From IMG/VR virus record IMGVR_UViG_3300028388_001808, positions 29,734 to 93,733 of that record: 64,000 bases of DNA. One strand, given 5' to 3'. The DNA comes from a virus. Positions 35,001 through 45,668 of the stretch are shown here, in pieces. A program made the position numbers and the translations under genes. The notes below the pieces were generated by a model that did not search any database, had not been told where the DNA came from, and was given only the letters and a program-made list of their open reading frames with translations. Numbering within the stretch: the stretch's first letter is position 1; each line of letters begins with the position of its first letter.

Positions 35001-36115
35001 GTTTCAACGATACGATGGCCTTTATAGAGGCGAACAGACAAAGAGCCTTATCTGGAGACTTTAACTGTATTCCTTGGGGATTACCGAGGTTTGAGAAGTA
35101 TGCTCCAGGATTAGAAAAGGCTAAATACTACATTGTAACGGCCAACACAAAGGTTGGTAAGACTCAATTCACAGACCAGATGTTTTTGTATAATCCGTTT
35201 AATTATCTGAAAAGTAATCCGGATTTGGACATAAAACTGAAGGTGGTGTACATCTCTATGGAGATGACTAAGCAGGAGAAAATACTGCAAGCGATAAGTC
35301 GAAAACTGTATATGGACTCAAGAGGTAAGGTACGATTGAGTCCAACTCAAATAAAAAGTGTAGGTAGGAATAACGTCCTCCCAGAAGAAATTCTTGGGAA
35401 GATCAAAGAGTACAACGGATACTTTGAGGAGTTTGAAGATATCGTTGAGATAGTTGACGATACGCGTAACTCCTATGGTATCTACAACAAAGTAAGAGAA
35501 ATCTCAAAAGACTTTGGTACTCAGGAATTTAAAGTGATAGAAGAGAAAGGCAAGAAGAAAAAAATTCCAATAAGATTCCACTCTCACCATGAGAATCTGT
35601 ATTTTGTAGTTATAGTTGACAACTACAATATACTTGTACCTGAACATGGAGAAACGATACATAAAGCCATTACAAAGTTTAGTGCTGACTATGCACTGAA
35701 GCTGCGTAACAATTATGGATTTAGTATCGCTGCAATCCAGCAGCAAGCGGCAGATCAGGAAGGAATCGAAAGGTTCAAAGAAGCAAAACTGGAACCTAGT
35801 CTTGATGGCATGGGTGACAATAAGCTGACTTCCAGAGACGCGAATCAGATTTTCTCCATATTCTCACCCGCAAGACATCACATCCCATTCTATAAGGGAT
35901 ATGATATCAACAGATTGGGAGATCACTTCAGAACACTATCGATACTCGGTGGACGAGACGGCGGTGCTGGTGTGATGATTCCTGTCTACTTCGATGGGGC
36001 AGTCAACTATCTAAGAGAAATGCCTTCTCCTAAATACAACAATGACAAGAAGCTGATTAACGGAGCTGAATTAGAAGTCTTCTACAAGAAGGCAGAAAAA
36101 AATTACTCAAACTAA
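34997..36115 (+). CDS. DnaB-like replicative helicase
   Basis: Walker A ANTKVGKT, YISMEM, Walker B VIVDN, IQQQ and RDA motifs. Confidence 0.85.
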   Translation: MSFNDTMAFIEANRQRALSGDFNCIPWGLPRFEKYAPGLEKAKYYIVTANTKVGKTQFTDQMFLYNPFNYLKSNPDLDIKLKVVYISMEMTKQEKILQAISRKLYMDSRGKVRLSPTQIKSVGRNNVLPEEILGKIKEYNGYFEEFEDIVEIVDDTRNSYGIYNKVREISKDFGTQEFKVIEEKGKKKKIPIRFHSHHENLYFVVIVDNYNILVPEHGETIHKAITKFSADYALKLRNNYGFSIAAIQQQAADQEGIERFKEAKLEPSLDGMGDNKLTSRDANQIFSIFSPARHHIPFYKGYDINRLGDHFRTLSILGGRDGGAGVMIPVYFDGAVNYLREMPSPKYNNDKKLINGAELEVFYKKAEKNYSN

Positions 36116-36127
36116 AAAAAGATCAGT

Positions 36128-36874
36128 ATGAACATGATTGCAATCGTCGGGGCATCTGGTTCCGGCAAATCTACGGGGATAGGCTATATCCCTGAATTGA
36201 AGATTGAGGGTTTATCCCCTGCCAGTACAGCATTGGTAAACGTGGATGGTAAGCCTTTACCCTTCAGAGGATGGAGAAGAGGCTATAAGCCAATCAAAAT
36301 TCAGAAAAATCCAAGTGGTCCGCCTGTCGTAGTAGAAGAAGGCAACTATCTGACATCGGACAATGCCAAGCAGATTGTCTTCTGTGTGGAACACTGGGCG
36401 AAAAATCCGGACATACGAAATATCGTCATTGACGACTATCAGTATGTCATGGGTAATTACTTCATGCAGAAAGCCTTGGTAGCTGGCTATGACAAATATA
36501 ACGTCCTGGGCAAAAATGCCTTTGACATTTTGGACATTGCCAGAAAACTGACAGTGGATAAAAACTTCATTGTCCTGACGCACTCCGAAGAGATCGACGG
36601 AGCTGTAGAACGATTCAAGATGAAAACAATTGGACGTCTTCTGGATAACAAAATTACTCTGGAAGGCAAATTCACTGTCGTTCTTTACGCAGCGCAAAGT
36701 GTGGAGAAAGGAGAAGTACAGAAATTCTTCGTTACCAACTTCGATGGGATATATCCTGCAAAATCTCCTATAGGAATGTTTGAAGAGAAGCACATTCCTA
36801 ACGATCTGGGGTATGTCGTACGTAAGGTAAACGATTACTACAATGGAGTTGTAGAAGAAACGGAAAACCCGTAA
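36128..36874 (+). CDS. AAA_24/Sak4-like P-loop ATPase
   Basis: GASGSGKST, IVIDD, LTHSE, KTIG and AKSP.GMF. Confidence 0.85.
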   Translation: MNMIAIVGASGSGKSTGIGYIPELKIEGLSPASTALVNVDGKPLPFRGWRRGYKPIKIQKNPSGPPVVVEEGNYLTSDNAKQIVFCVEHWAKNPDIRNIVIDDYQYVMGNYFMQKALVAGYDKYNVLGKNAFDILDIARKLTVDKNFIVLTHSEEIDGAVERFKMKTIGRLLDNKITLEGKFTVVLYAAQSVEKGEVQKFFVTNFDGIYPAKSPIGMFEEKHIPNDLGYVVRKVNDYYNGVVEETENP

Positions 36875-36922
36875 CTTGTCGTCCCAATTCATAATTTTTT
36901 TCAATTTTCAAAAAAAACAGTA

Positions 36923-37294
36923 ATGAGCAAAGTAATCAAGCTTACGAAGCAAGCTGTAGTTGATCTGATCAACGAAGGCTGTACCAAGTCAAAGCGTCAT
37001 CCGAAGTACAACCCGGAAATCGGTACGCTCCTGGAGCGTCTGAACATTACACAGGAAGCCTGTAGTAAAATGTTTGACGCGTCGGTAGAAATCCGCAGCG
37101 CGTACCGCAAAAAATTCGGAACTGCCGGAGCATCGAGCAGCAAAGCCGATGAGGTAGTCTTCATCGATGATGATGACACCATGCCTCAAGTAACACCGGA
37201 GTCGGAAGACCAGGAAGAAGAATACGATGAATTTGAAGACGAGGGTGAAGAACTCGTTTCAGATGCAGTCGTAGAAGACGACGGTCTGGCGTAA
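36923..37294 (+). CDS. Hypothetical protein with an acidic tail
   Basis: 123 aa, followed by a terminator-like hairpin at about 37305-37335. Confidence 0.65.
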   Translation: MSKVIKLTKQAVVDLINEGCTKSKRHPKYNPEIGTLLERLNITQEACSKMFDASVEIRSAYRKKFGTAGASSSKADEVVFIDDDDTMPQVTPESEDQEEEYDEFEDEGEELVSDAVVEDDGLA

Positions 37295-37363
37295 AGAAAA
37301 GAAAAGGGGAGTCCAGAAAACGGACACCCCTTCTTTATTATTCACACTTTATAAAATAAAAAC

Positions 37364-38122
37364 ATGACTGAAGATCAATTTGGTGGATATGGATGGGAAG
37401 ACGACGAATCCACACAGAGTAACCCAGCTCTGGTATTCGGCATTAACGAAAAAGTACGTCTTACCGGATTCGAAAAGGTTCAGGATGAGGATGGTTCATC
37501 TTACCTGAACGTCACTTTCACTGCACAGAACGATGAAACAAAGTCGAAGCGGTACTACGAAGTGACAAAAACCTATCGGGACAATGTGGAAATCACTGAT
37601 CCGAAAGACCCGGCGATCATTGAAGATCGTAAAAAGCAGGGTGCGTGTATCACGCATATTGTTTCCAAGTTCGTAGACAAAGACACGTTCCGTTCTATGC
37701 CGCGTGCAAAGTCTTGGGATGACTATCTCGACAACCTTGTTGAGCTGCTCAATACCCATGCTCCGAACTACGCAGAGAAAGAACTCGATCTCTTCGCACA
37801 CCTGCAATGGACGATTGGGAAGAAGACCAATCGTACCTGGCCGGAGATTCCGAAGAACATGAAGCAAGGTCCCTGGCTTTGTGAGCATGTCGAACCAGTA
37901 GGCCAGTGGCATGAAGTCCGCAACGATGAAGCATCAGACAATGCCTTTGGTATCAAATACGTCGATGACGAAGGAAACCAGCATCCCTTTACCCGTTCCG
38001 GTTGGTTTGTACGCAGCAACTACGCAAACGTACAGACCAAAGAAGAGGATGAAGGAGAAGATTACGGCTACGACGCTGAAGGTACTTCTGAAGAAGCCGC
38101 AACTGACGGAGAAACCTGGTAA
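37364..38122 (+). CDS. Putative single-stranded DNA-binding protein
   Basis: Lies between the AAA ATPase and primase; acidic C-tail ending in Trp; strong codon bias. Confidence 0.55.
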   Translation: MTEDQFGGYGWEDDESTQSNPALVFGINEKVRLTGFEKVQDEDGSSYLNVTFTAQNDETKSKRYYEVTKTYRDNVEITDPKDPAIIEDRKKQGACITHIVSKFVDKDTFRSMPRAKSWDDYLDNLVELLNTHAPNYAEKELDLFAHLQWTIGKKTNRTWPEIPKNMKQGPWLCEHVEPVGQWHEVRNDEASDNAFGIKYVDDEGNQHPFTRSGWFVRSNYANVQTKEEDEGEDYGYDAEGTSEEAATDGETW

Positions 38123-38164
38123 TTCGACTGCGATTGAGCCAAACGAGACTAAATCTCAATCGCC

Positions 38165-39163
38165 ATGTACGGATATACACCAGACAAACAACCAGAATAC
38201 AAGGAGTTACTGAACTATCAGGAGGAAATCTGGAAATTGGTTCTAGGTTTTCATCCTGTGCCATTCAAAAGGATTAGAAATCCATTCCGTGTGGACCATA
38301 GACCAGATTGCTGGTTTGAATGGGGACACACAAGACTCTTTCTTGTAGACTATGCAGATTACAGGTATCACAACATGACTTGTTTTGATGCTGTATCAAG
38401 ATCAAAAGGATTGTCATTTAAGGATACCTTAATCTACATAGATGAGCAACTAGGGGGTGTAGGGACGACAATCAACCCTAGTAAAAAGTTAGCTCGTGAC
38501 AAGAAAGATGTAGGTGAGATAGAAATAAGAAGTAGAAGGTTCCTGAAAGTCGATAGAGATTTTTGGGAACCTTTTTCTATTTCATCTGAAGACTTAAAAG
38601 AAGATGGCGTTATGGCGTTAAGCTGGTATAAGTTTAAAGCCAAAGACGGCAGACACATCGTGAAGTCATTCAGACGTCCTGTAAATTCTTACGGGATCGT
38701 ATTTCCAAATCACCACAAGAAGATTTACAATCCGAAACTGAGTCGGGAGTCAGGTAAGTTTATCACGAACTGCAAAGCTGACGACATTGGAAACTGGCAG
38801 GGGATAAAGACAGGAGATTTGCTGATCATCACAAAGTCCTACAAAGATCATCGCATATTGCGAAATCTGGGGTATGATGTGATATGGATGCAAAACGAAG
38901 GTATCGCTTTATCGCCTGAGAAAGTAAAACAAGTGTCAGGTCAGTACAAGAAAGTAGTTCTAATCTACGACAACGACGCAGCAGGAAGACTAGCTGCAAA
39001 AAGACTTACCGAACTGTACAACTCCTATGTAAACAACAAGAACTTTTCATGGTCTACCTTTCCTGAAAGAGTAAGAGAGAAAGACCCTGGAGAGTTTATT
39101 ACCGCCTACGGCAAGAAACCTCTTGCCGACGTCATTAAAACACTACTGATACATGCTGCCTAA
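38165..39163 (+). CDS. DNA primase (TOPRIM, crAss-like)
   Basis: NPFRVDHRPDC, IITKSYKD, YDNDAAG and KDP. Confidence 0.85.
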   Translation: MYGYTPDKQPEYKELLNYQEEIWKLVLGFHPVPFKRIRNPFRVDHRPDCWFEWGHTRLFLVDYADYRYHNMTCFDAVSRSKGLSFKDTLIYIDEQLGGVGTTINPSKKLARDKKDVGEIEIRSRRFLKVDRDFWEPFSISSEDLKEDGVMALSWYKFKAKDGRHIVKSFRRPVNSYGIVFPNHHKKIYNPKLSRESGKFITNCKADDIGNWQGIKTGDLLIITKSYKDHRILRNLGYDVIWMQNEGIALSPEKVKQVSGQYKKVVLIYDNDAAGRLAAKRLTELYNSYVNNKNFSWSTFPERVREKDPGEFITAYGKKPLADVIKTLLIHAA

Positions 39164-39803
39164 GATCGTACACCCTTCCTGGGAACCGATCTTCTCTGAA
39201 CTTGAACCACAGTTAGAACACATCCGAAGAACGCTACCTAAGTTAAGACCCTACTATCCTACACCTGACAAAATCTTTGCAGCATTTAAAGTGCCATTAG
39301 ATAGTGTCAGCGTAGTCATAGTAGGTCAAGACCCTTATCCAAGAAAAGGGTACAGCACAGGTATAGCTTTTGCAGTACCTGAAGCTATTGGTACTTCCCC
39401 AACACTAGAGATTATCTTTGACACTGTCGCAATCGACACTTACAATATTGCCTACGAAGGTGATTGTACGCTGACGAACTGGACAAATCAAGGAATCCTG
39501 CTACTGAATTCTGCCCTGACAGTCAAGCCGAATAACCCGGATCATAAATCGCATGTCACTCTATGGCATGGATTTATGTACAAGTTGTTTGAGTTGATAA
39601 CTGATCAGAGAAGGGATTTATTGTGGCTACTGTGGGGAGACAGAGCTAAAAAGCTGGGTACGGCAATAAAAGGAGACAAACTGACTGCGGTGCATCCTGT
39701 GTACGATCATTACCAGATCGTACCCAGATTCAGAGAAGAGCATCATTTCAGGAAAACAAACGAGTGGCTAGATGCAAAGGGCAAGCCACAAATTCAATGG
39801 TAA
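39153..39803 (+). CDS. ung: Uracil-DNA glycosylase family 1
   Basis: GQDPYP, QGILLLNSALTV, LWG and HP. Confidence 0.92.
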   Translation: MLPKIVHPSWEPIFSELEPQLEHIRRTLPKLRPYYPTPDKIFAAFKVPLDSVSVVIVGQDPYPRKGYSTGIAFAVPEAIGTSPTLEIIFDTVAIDTYNIAYEGDCTLTNWTNQGILLLNSALTVKPNNPDHKSHVTLWHGFMYKLFELITDQRRDLLWLLWGDRAKKLGTAIKGDKLTAVHPVYDHYQIVPRFREEHHFRKTNEWLDAKGKPQIQW

Positions 39804-39838
39804 AAAAACCTTTTTCTAACTTCTAATAAACGTTTATT

Positions 39839-40738
39839 ATGTCTGAACAAGTAACAGCAGGGTTGATCACCCTCATGGCTGTCTATTCCGGTGCAAAGGT
39901 CTACAAGATCGAATTGGGAGACGGCGAACAAATCAAAAAGCGGTCGGATATCGAACCGTATCTCATTGAGCATGGAATCAATTTTTCCAATGCTGACATG
40001 ATCATCCAGCCGGGAGAAATGGGACTCCCTTCTCCTGATTCAGCCGTTGTTCTGCCGGAAGCAAAGCAAATGACCTATGACGGTCAGGTGCGTATGGTAA
40101 GAGCAATCGGATTGTTCCTTACTCCCACAAAGAATGACTCAGGCGCACGTGTCAACATTGACGGTGCAGAAAATTCCTGGATTCGCTCAGAAGCAAAACG
40201 CCTCTACAAATCCGGAGATGCCGGAAAGGCCCATTTTACCAAAGATGGAAAACCGTACAATTCCGTTTCGACCGATGACCTTCGTGGGCTTCTGAAATCC
40301 TGGTATGCCAAAGAGGAAGCAGGAGAAGCTACAACAGTCGTTGAAGAAGAACAGACTACCAATCTGACCTACAGCAACGAAGCTGAAATCCTGGAGGCCG
40401 TTTCCAAAACGGTTGAGGATAGTTTTCAAATCCTCACACTGACCTGCAACACGCTGAATGATCTGAACGAAGTCCGGGTAGAGACGATCTGCGATACGCA
40501 GTCGAAGGCCGATCTTCCTGATCTCATCGGAGGCATTTCTACTGTTCTGGATAGCCTGAAAGGCTACAAACAACAGGTAGACACCGATGCCGCTGCGTGT
40601 AGGGAAGAAATCGCCCGCCGGGAGGCTGCCGCAAAAGCAGCCAAGGAGAATGTACAGGAAACGACAACTCCTGTAGGTTCACTTGGAGACGTATTTGGAG
40701 CATTCCAGAAACGTTACGACAGCCGCTACCGTAAGTAG
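39839..40738 (+). CDS. Ubiquitin-like (beta-grasp) domain precursor with a C-terminal extension
   Basis: Residues ~9-102 end in LFLTPTKNDSG and are followed by a helical/coiled region; first gene of an E2-JAB-E1 cluster. Confidence 0.55.
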   Translation: MSEQVTAGLITLMAVYSGAKVYKIELGDGEQIKKRSDIEPYLIEHGINFSNADMIIQPGEMGLPSPDSAVVLPEAKQMTYDGQVRMVRAIGLFLTPTKNDSGARVNIDGAENSWIRSEAKRLYKSGDAGKAHFTKDGKPYNSVSTDDLRGLLKSWYAKEEAGEATTVVEEEQTTNLTYSNEAEILEAVSKTVEDSFQILTLTCNTLNDLNEVRVETICDTQSKADLPDLIGGISTVLDSLKGYKQQVDTDAAACREEIARREAAAKAAKENVQETTTPVGSLGDVFGAFQKRYDSRYRK

Positions 40739-40764
40739 GACCAGGTAGACATTTTCTAATGCTT

Positions 40765-40800
40765 AGAAAGGGGTGGTGTAAAAGCTACCCCTTTCTTTTT
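40765..40800 (+). terminator. Intrinsic terminator after the Ubl gene
   Basis: AGAAAGGGGTGG...CTACCCCTTTCT plus T run. Confidence 0.75.
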
Positions 40801-40811
40801 AATCAAAAACT

Positions 40812-42026
40812 ATGGACAGAAAGGCATACGTTGAAGCACAGACAAAGATGCTGAACAAGAGACACAAAATCGTACAGCAAGACGATGATATCTTTAACAT
40901 TTGCGTGCATCTTGGAGACGTGAAGTACAGGTCTACTAACGAAGAAATGCAATGGGAGCATACCCTTAAAGGGACGTACGTTATGTTTTCCATAACATTT
41001 ACTACTGGAGAGGAAGGAGAAGAACGTATACAGGCAATAGTTCCAAATCTAGCAAGAACGGATTTCTACAGAGATGAGTACGAACAAGGATGGACTCACG
41101 GACACGTAGGAAGTAGAAGAATAGGCAGTTTTGCTGCTTTCTGTATAGGAGCTAATAGTGATGTAGACAAGATAACGAAACTAATCACTTCGGAAACTAT
41201 CACAGAAAGTAATGACGTGCTATACTACTATATGACTTCGTTTATAAACGGATGCGTTCCTTGGGAATACAAGTCTGGAGTCTATATATCATATCTTAGC
41301 ATGTTGGAAAACCAATCATCTAGTACTAGAAGCTACTTTCCTCCGAATAACCAGTACTACAATACCAGAAGAACGCAAGAAGTCAGCAACAAAAACCTAC
41401 TAAAGTTGCTATCCGAGACTTCTATAGTTTTGGATGAAGATGACGTTGGATTGATAGTAAACGACAAAGTCGTAGAAATAAAACCCACAAAAAAGCTAGT
41501 AGAGAAGCTGTCTTTTCTTCTCATCAGCAAGCTAAATCAAAGCACACAGGAGGATACTACTAGACTGAAAGACTTAGCAGACACGTTACTCTACGTACAG
41601 TGTGAAGACGGTTACAAATACAAATTTAGTTATTACTACACAGTCATAATAAAGAGTAATCCGATACCGTCGATAAGGGAACAGATAAGACAACTGGAAG
41701 AAGGACAGGAAAGAGAACTAGAGGTAGAAGATGCTAACATGACTCTTGCTATCTTCGACAAAGAAGTTCCTATAAAGATACATGAAAGAAATGACAGTAA
41801 CGTTAATGAAATCGAGTATCTAAAGTCTAAATTATTACATTACCAAACACTCCAATCAGGAGAAATTAAACCAACATTTAATGGAATCTTTCAAATTACA
41901 CCAGTTTACGTCACGTATGCTACAAGGAAGTACTTCGACGCATACGTACAACAAGCAGGGAATGCTGATCCAGAGTCAGGAGAAAGTGAAGGTGATATTG
42001 AACAAGCAGTTTCAGAAACATCTTGA
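40812..42026 (+). CDS. Prokaryotic E2-like protein
   Basis: RT.F...HGHV...FCIG (HxH..C signature); context. Confidence 0.55.
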   Translation: MDRKAYVEAQTKMLNKRHKIVQQDDDIFNICVHLGDVKYRSTNEEMQWEHTLKGTYVMFSITFTTGEEGEERIQAIVPNLARTDFYRDEYEQGWTHGHVGSRRIGSFAAFCIGANSDVDKITKLITSETITESNDVLYYYMTSFINGCVPWEYKSGVYISYLSMLENQSSSTRSYFPPNNQYYNTRRTQEVSNKNLLKLLSETSIVLDEDDVGLIVNDKVVEIKPTKKLVEKLSFLLISKLNQSTQEDTTRLKDLADTLLYVQCEDGYKYKFSYYYTVIIKSNPIPSIREQIRQLEEGQERELEVEDANMTLAIFDKEVPIKIHERNDSNVNEIEYLKSKLLHYQTLQSGEIKPTFNGIFQITPVYVTYATRKYFDAYVQQAGNADPESGESEGDIEQAVSETS

Positions 42027-43053
42027 AGATGTTCTGGACTTCTACAAAAGTAAGATACCTTACAACGAATGGAGTGGAGCAGTCATCTACAAGGTAGAAG
42101 GGAATTTCAACGATGAATCCTTTACTATCATTCCGACTGAAATCTACCCCATATCTGACGGAAGCCCTGGATACACGGACTACATGCTGGCAGAAGATGC
42201 GCCGGAGGTAACATCTTATATGTTCGAATCCGGACTGCTACCGCCTGATTATGCATGGGGACACATACACAGCCACCATAACATGCAAGCTTACTTCTCG
42301 CAGACAGACGATGCCGAACTGGCAAAGAATACAGATATGTATGGTCTGTATTTTTCCATGATCGTAAACAACAGATATGATGTTGTAGCGAGATTATCAA
42401 GAGAAGTGATACTAGACTGCAAAGTTTTACTGAATGGCGAAAATGCTCCTACAGAGCCTTTTGATAGAACACATCTTCCAAAGGTGTCTGTGGTATATGA
42501 TGCCATCGTAGAACGCGAAGTCTCTCAATTACCTCTGAGTAAACGATTGACGAAAGCCCTGGAGAAGTCTCTCGGTATTTCGAAAAAACGCAGCAATGTT
42601 GAATTTCCGGGACTTCAGGGAAAACTGTTCAACGCACCATCCAAAATCCAGAACGATTACCAGCAAATTCAACCTAACTGGACTAACGGAAAAGGTAAAG
42701 TTTCATCTACAGTAGATGGGCTTTTGAACGCTCCAAAAGCGAATTCAGAACTGGTAAGAAAGGACAGCCTGTATTACAGACAAACAGTAGAGGACTATAT
42801 CTACGACTGTCTCGTACAGACACTGGTGGAACCCGTACCTGAAGAGTCTTTGTACTTTGTGCTGGACAAGCTGGATCAAATAGAAAGTCAGACTTTTGTA
42901 GATTTTCTTGACAGTAACTACGGTATGGAGTTGCTGGAAGTTAACGGAGGATTCGAGTCTTTAAGTGAAGACATCAAAATCCTTCTGAAGAAACACAAAG
43001 TTAAAAATCCTCACCTCACAAAATTACTACTAAAATGGAAACAAGATTTGTAG
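41962..43053 (+). CDS. JAB/MPN metalloprotease
   Basis: NEWSG...GHIHSHHNMQAYFSQTD (E...HxH-x7-S-x2-D); start could be 41881. Confidence 0.85.
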   Translation: MLIQSQEKVKVILNKQFQKHLEDVLDFYKSKIPYNEWSGAVIYKVEGNFNDESFTIIPTEIYPISDGSPGYTDYMLAEDAPEVTSYMFESGLLPPDYAWGHIHSHHNMQAYFSQTDDAELAKNTDMYGLYFSMIVNNRYDVVARLSREVILDCKVLLNGENAPTEPFDRTHLPKVSVVYDAIVEREVSQLPLSKRLTKALEKSLGISKKRSNVEFPGLQGKLFNAPSKIQNDYQQIQPNWTNGKGKVSSTVDGLLNAPKANSELVRKDSLYYRQTVEDYIYDCLVQTLVEPVPEESLYFVLDKLDQIESQTFVDFLDSNYGMELLEVNGGFESLSEDIKILLKKHKVKNPHLTKLLLKWKQDL

Positions 43054-43856
43054 ATGCTCAATGGTTCAAAAAAGCTACTGAACAGAAAGTAGTAATAGTT
43101 GGACTTGGTGGAATCGGTTCTTGGGCAGCGTTGGCATTAGCCAGATTAGAAGTCGATAAGCTTATTTTACTTGACTTTGATGTTCTTGAGGAACATAACA
43201 CAGGAAGTCAACTTTGCTCTTTCTCTCAAATGGGCGACATAAAATCGTATGCGCTAAGTACGTTAATTTCCAGACTCACGAGACAAACAAACACATCCAT
43301 AATAGCCAAAAACGCTAAGGTGAACGAAAGTTCAACATTAGGTTACTGCCTTGGCTATAGCAGAGATGTGGATGTGGTTCTTGCTGCTACAGACAACATA
43401 GAATCAAGAAGTTTGATTTTTAGTCATTTTTTGGACATTGTAGGGATAAATGAGTCGATGTTTCACCTTTTACCAGACAGTAGGATACAGCATAAAAAAA
43501 AGATTTACCTGGATGCAAGAATGACCGCAGAGTTTTTCGAGTTATATGCTGTTCCTTTCAACAGAATCTCTATCGCCGCGTACAAAAGTACGCTGTTTCA
43601 ACCAGAGGAGTCAGAACAGTTACCATGTGGATACCAACAGACTAGCCACACAGGTATGATCCTCGGAGGCCTGATTGCTTCTGTTTTGGTTAATTTTTGT
43701 ACAACGCTAGATGAAGAGCAATTTCTCAATTTCAGAGAAATTCCTTTCAAGACTACAATGAACTTGCAGACATTATCAATCACAAAACAATCAGCTTATG
43801 AGGTTCTTGACAGAAATAGAGAAGACGGCACCTACGGATGGGAAGAGGATCAATAA
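43035..43856 (+). CDS. ThiF/E1-like adenylyltransferase
   Basis: VGLGGIGS, DFDVLEEHN, ATDN..SR, DARM and LPCG (candidate catalytic Cys). Confidence 0.88.
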   Translation: METRFVDAQWFKKATEQKVVIVGLGGIGSWAALALARLEVDKLILLDFDVLEEHNTGSQLCSFSQMGDIKSYALSTLISRLTRQTNTSIIAKNAKVNESSTLGYCLGYSRDVDVVLAATDNIESRSLIFSHFLDIVGINESMFHLLPDSRIQHKKKIYLDARMTAEFFELYAVPFNRISIAAYKSTLFQPEESEQLPCGYQQTSHTGMILGGLIASVLVNFCTTLDEEQFLNFREIPFKTTMNLQTLSITKQSAYEVLDRNREDGTYGWEEDQ

Positions 43857-44610
43857 GATAGTAGACGGGGCATTAAACAAACTGTTACCAAGAGTCCTCC
43901 AACCTCGTGAAGGTGTAACTGCCATAGGAAGTTCGAAGAAGGATTTCCTTCCACTTACTGCGATCCACAGAAGTAAAAAAACAGCACTCGACAAGAAAGT
44001 AAACGGAGTTGCAGCTACAAGTGATTTTTTTGTTTCTCCTTTTCACTATCTGTCCGGTTACAGATTTGAAGGTATAGATGAAATGCTTTATAGTCCTGGT
44101 ATGTCTGGTTCTGGTTATGCGAAGAATTTCTACTTTTTTAAAGTTAATTCCTCTTCGGATATTGACTTGATAACAAACAGAAATTCAATTTGCAAATTCA
44201 GAAATGGGAGTACACTGGTATCCGAGAATTTGGTTTTCTATAACGTTGATTTTAGAAACGAAGAGATTATCATACTTTGTATGTTTGTAGTCGAGAAATC
44301 TTATCTAACAGATAAGTTCTTTTCAGATTATAACAACACAGTAATCGACTCCACTAAATGTAAACTTCTAATGGACGCTTCTGTAAAAGGAAAAAGCCTA
44401 CAAAGCAGAGCATTGCAGGAAGTTGCAGAGCAAATGAAGCAAATGAACATAGATGTCAGAATAGTAGAGAATCTTACGACAGAGTACTATGATATCAATA
44501 TGTTTCAAATTACCAGAAACACACTATCTGTACTACAAAACATTGAAAAGCAGGACACGATAGGTGTGATAAACAAATTCATGTATGATCATCGAACAGA
44601 TAATAGCTAG
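43798..44610 (+). CDS. Hypothetical protein
   Basis: 270-aa coupled ORF. Confidence 0.65.
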   Translation: MRFLTEIEKTAPTDGKRINKIVDGALNKLLPRVLQPREGVTAIGSSKKDFLPLTAIHRSKKTALDKKVNGVAATSDFFVSPFHYLSGYRFEGIDEMLYSPGMSGSGYAKNFYFFKVNSSSDIDLITNRNSICKFRNGSTLVSENLVFYNVDFRNEEIIILCMFVVEKSYLTDKFFSDYNNTVIDSTKCKLLMDASVKGKSLQSRALQEVAEQMKQMNIDVRIVENLTTEYYDINMFQITRNTLSVLQNIEKQDTIGVINKFMYDHRTDNS

Positions 44611-45253
44611 TGAGATCGAAAGGATCAAAGAAGGAATACCTGTAAAGCTGGGAAAAGTGTATCTTAACAAAAGTTACAGATACCTTTATCCCATGCTAAA
44701 ACTTTGTAAGGGAGAACTTTACGACAAAGTAAAGCTGCTTCCTAAACTTGGAGTAGGTATAGGGGATGTCGTATACATCGAAAAAAATAACATAATTCTA
44801 ACATCAGAATTATTTATTCTTGTAGATACAAAGGGAAGCTACGAGAATGGGAGGCACAAAAACGCAACCCAATCTCAGTTGAGATTTGCAGAGTTTCTGA
44901 ATTGGTTTAGAAATTCTGAGTATCTTCGAGACGATTACATATATGACAGCCTTGAAGGACACATGCACATGCTGGTATTGAAGATACCGGAGGACGTACC
45001 TCATGCGATAAGAGCATTCGTATTAGGTAAATACGACATGATTTACACAGATAGCCAAGCTAGAACTATTTTTGATACTAAAAGTGTCGAGTTCAAAGTA
45101 GTCACGAATGATAAAGCACTGAGGAAATCTATAACCAATAAGATAAAAGAACTTGTTGGTTTAGAGACACTTGAAGACATACCAGGAATGACAAGTAAGC
45201 CCAAATTCGAATGGGAGATTTTCAAAACAAGAAAAGCAATAACTGATGGCTAA
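44585..45253 (+). CDS. Conserved crAss-like hypothetical protein
   Basis: NKSYRYLYP...DY...HMLVLKIP...F..GKY motif. Confidence 0.6.
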   Translation: MIIEQIIASEIERIKEGIPVKLGKVYLNKSYRYLYPMLKLCKGELYDKVKLLPKLGVGIGDVVYIEKNNIILTSELFILVDTKGSYENGRHKNATQSQLRFAEFLNWFRNSEYLRDDYIYDSLEGHMHMLVLKIPEDVPHAIRAFVLGKYDMIYTDSQARTIFDTKSVEFKVVTNDKALRKSITNKIKELVGLETLEDIPGMTSKPKFEWEIFKTRKAITDG

Positions 45254-45668
45254 TAGAAACAGGACAGCCGGACATAATTGGGAAAGAGAAGTAGCTAAGA
45301 TGTTAAGGGATTTATTTCCGGACATTGCAACATCCAGATACTCCTCTAGGGAAATAGATGACAGTGGGGTAGATTTTGTAAGAACAGGAGATTTCAAGTT
45401 TCAGGCAAAAAGTACGATGAAGGCTCCAAGTTATCACAATCTTCTCACTGAAATGGGTTCCGGCTTTCCTGTCATTCTACATAAACTGACAGGGAAAGGA
45501 ACAGGAAAAAAGTCCAAAGGGAAGATACTAATCCCAAAAGGGAATTACGCCATTATGAAAATGGAACATTTTGTAGAACTCTTAAAACAGCTAAAAGAAC
45601 ATGGAATTGAACTTGAAAGACCTATTCTCCCAGAACATTCCGGTAAGGGACAGGATAGAGGAGTATAG
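45246..45668 (+). CDS. PD-(D/E)XK nuclease (Holliday junction resolvase-like)
   Basis: GHNWERE...DDSGVD...FQAK. Confidence 0.75.
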   Translation: MANRNRTAGHNWEREVAKMLRDLFPDIATSRYSSREIDDSGVDFVRTGDFKFQAKSTMKAPSYHNLLTEMGSGFPVILHKLTGKGTGKKSKGKILIPKGNYAIMKMEHFVELLKQLKEHGIELERPILPEHSGKGQDRGV

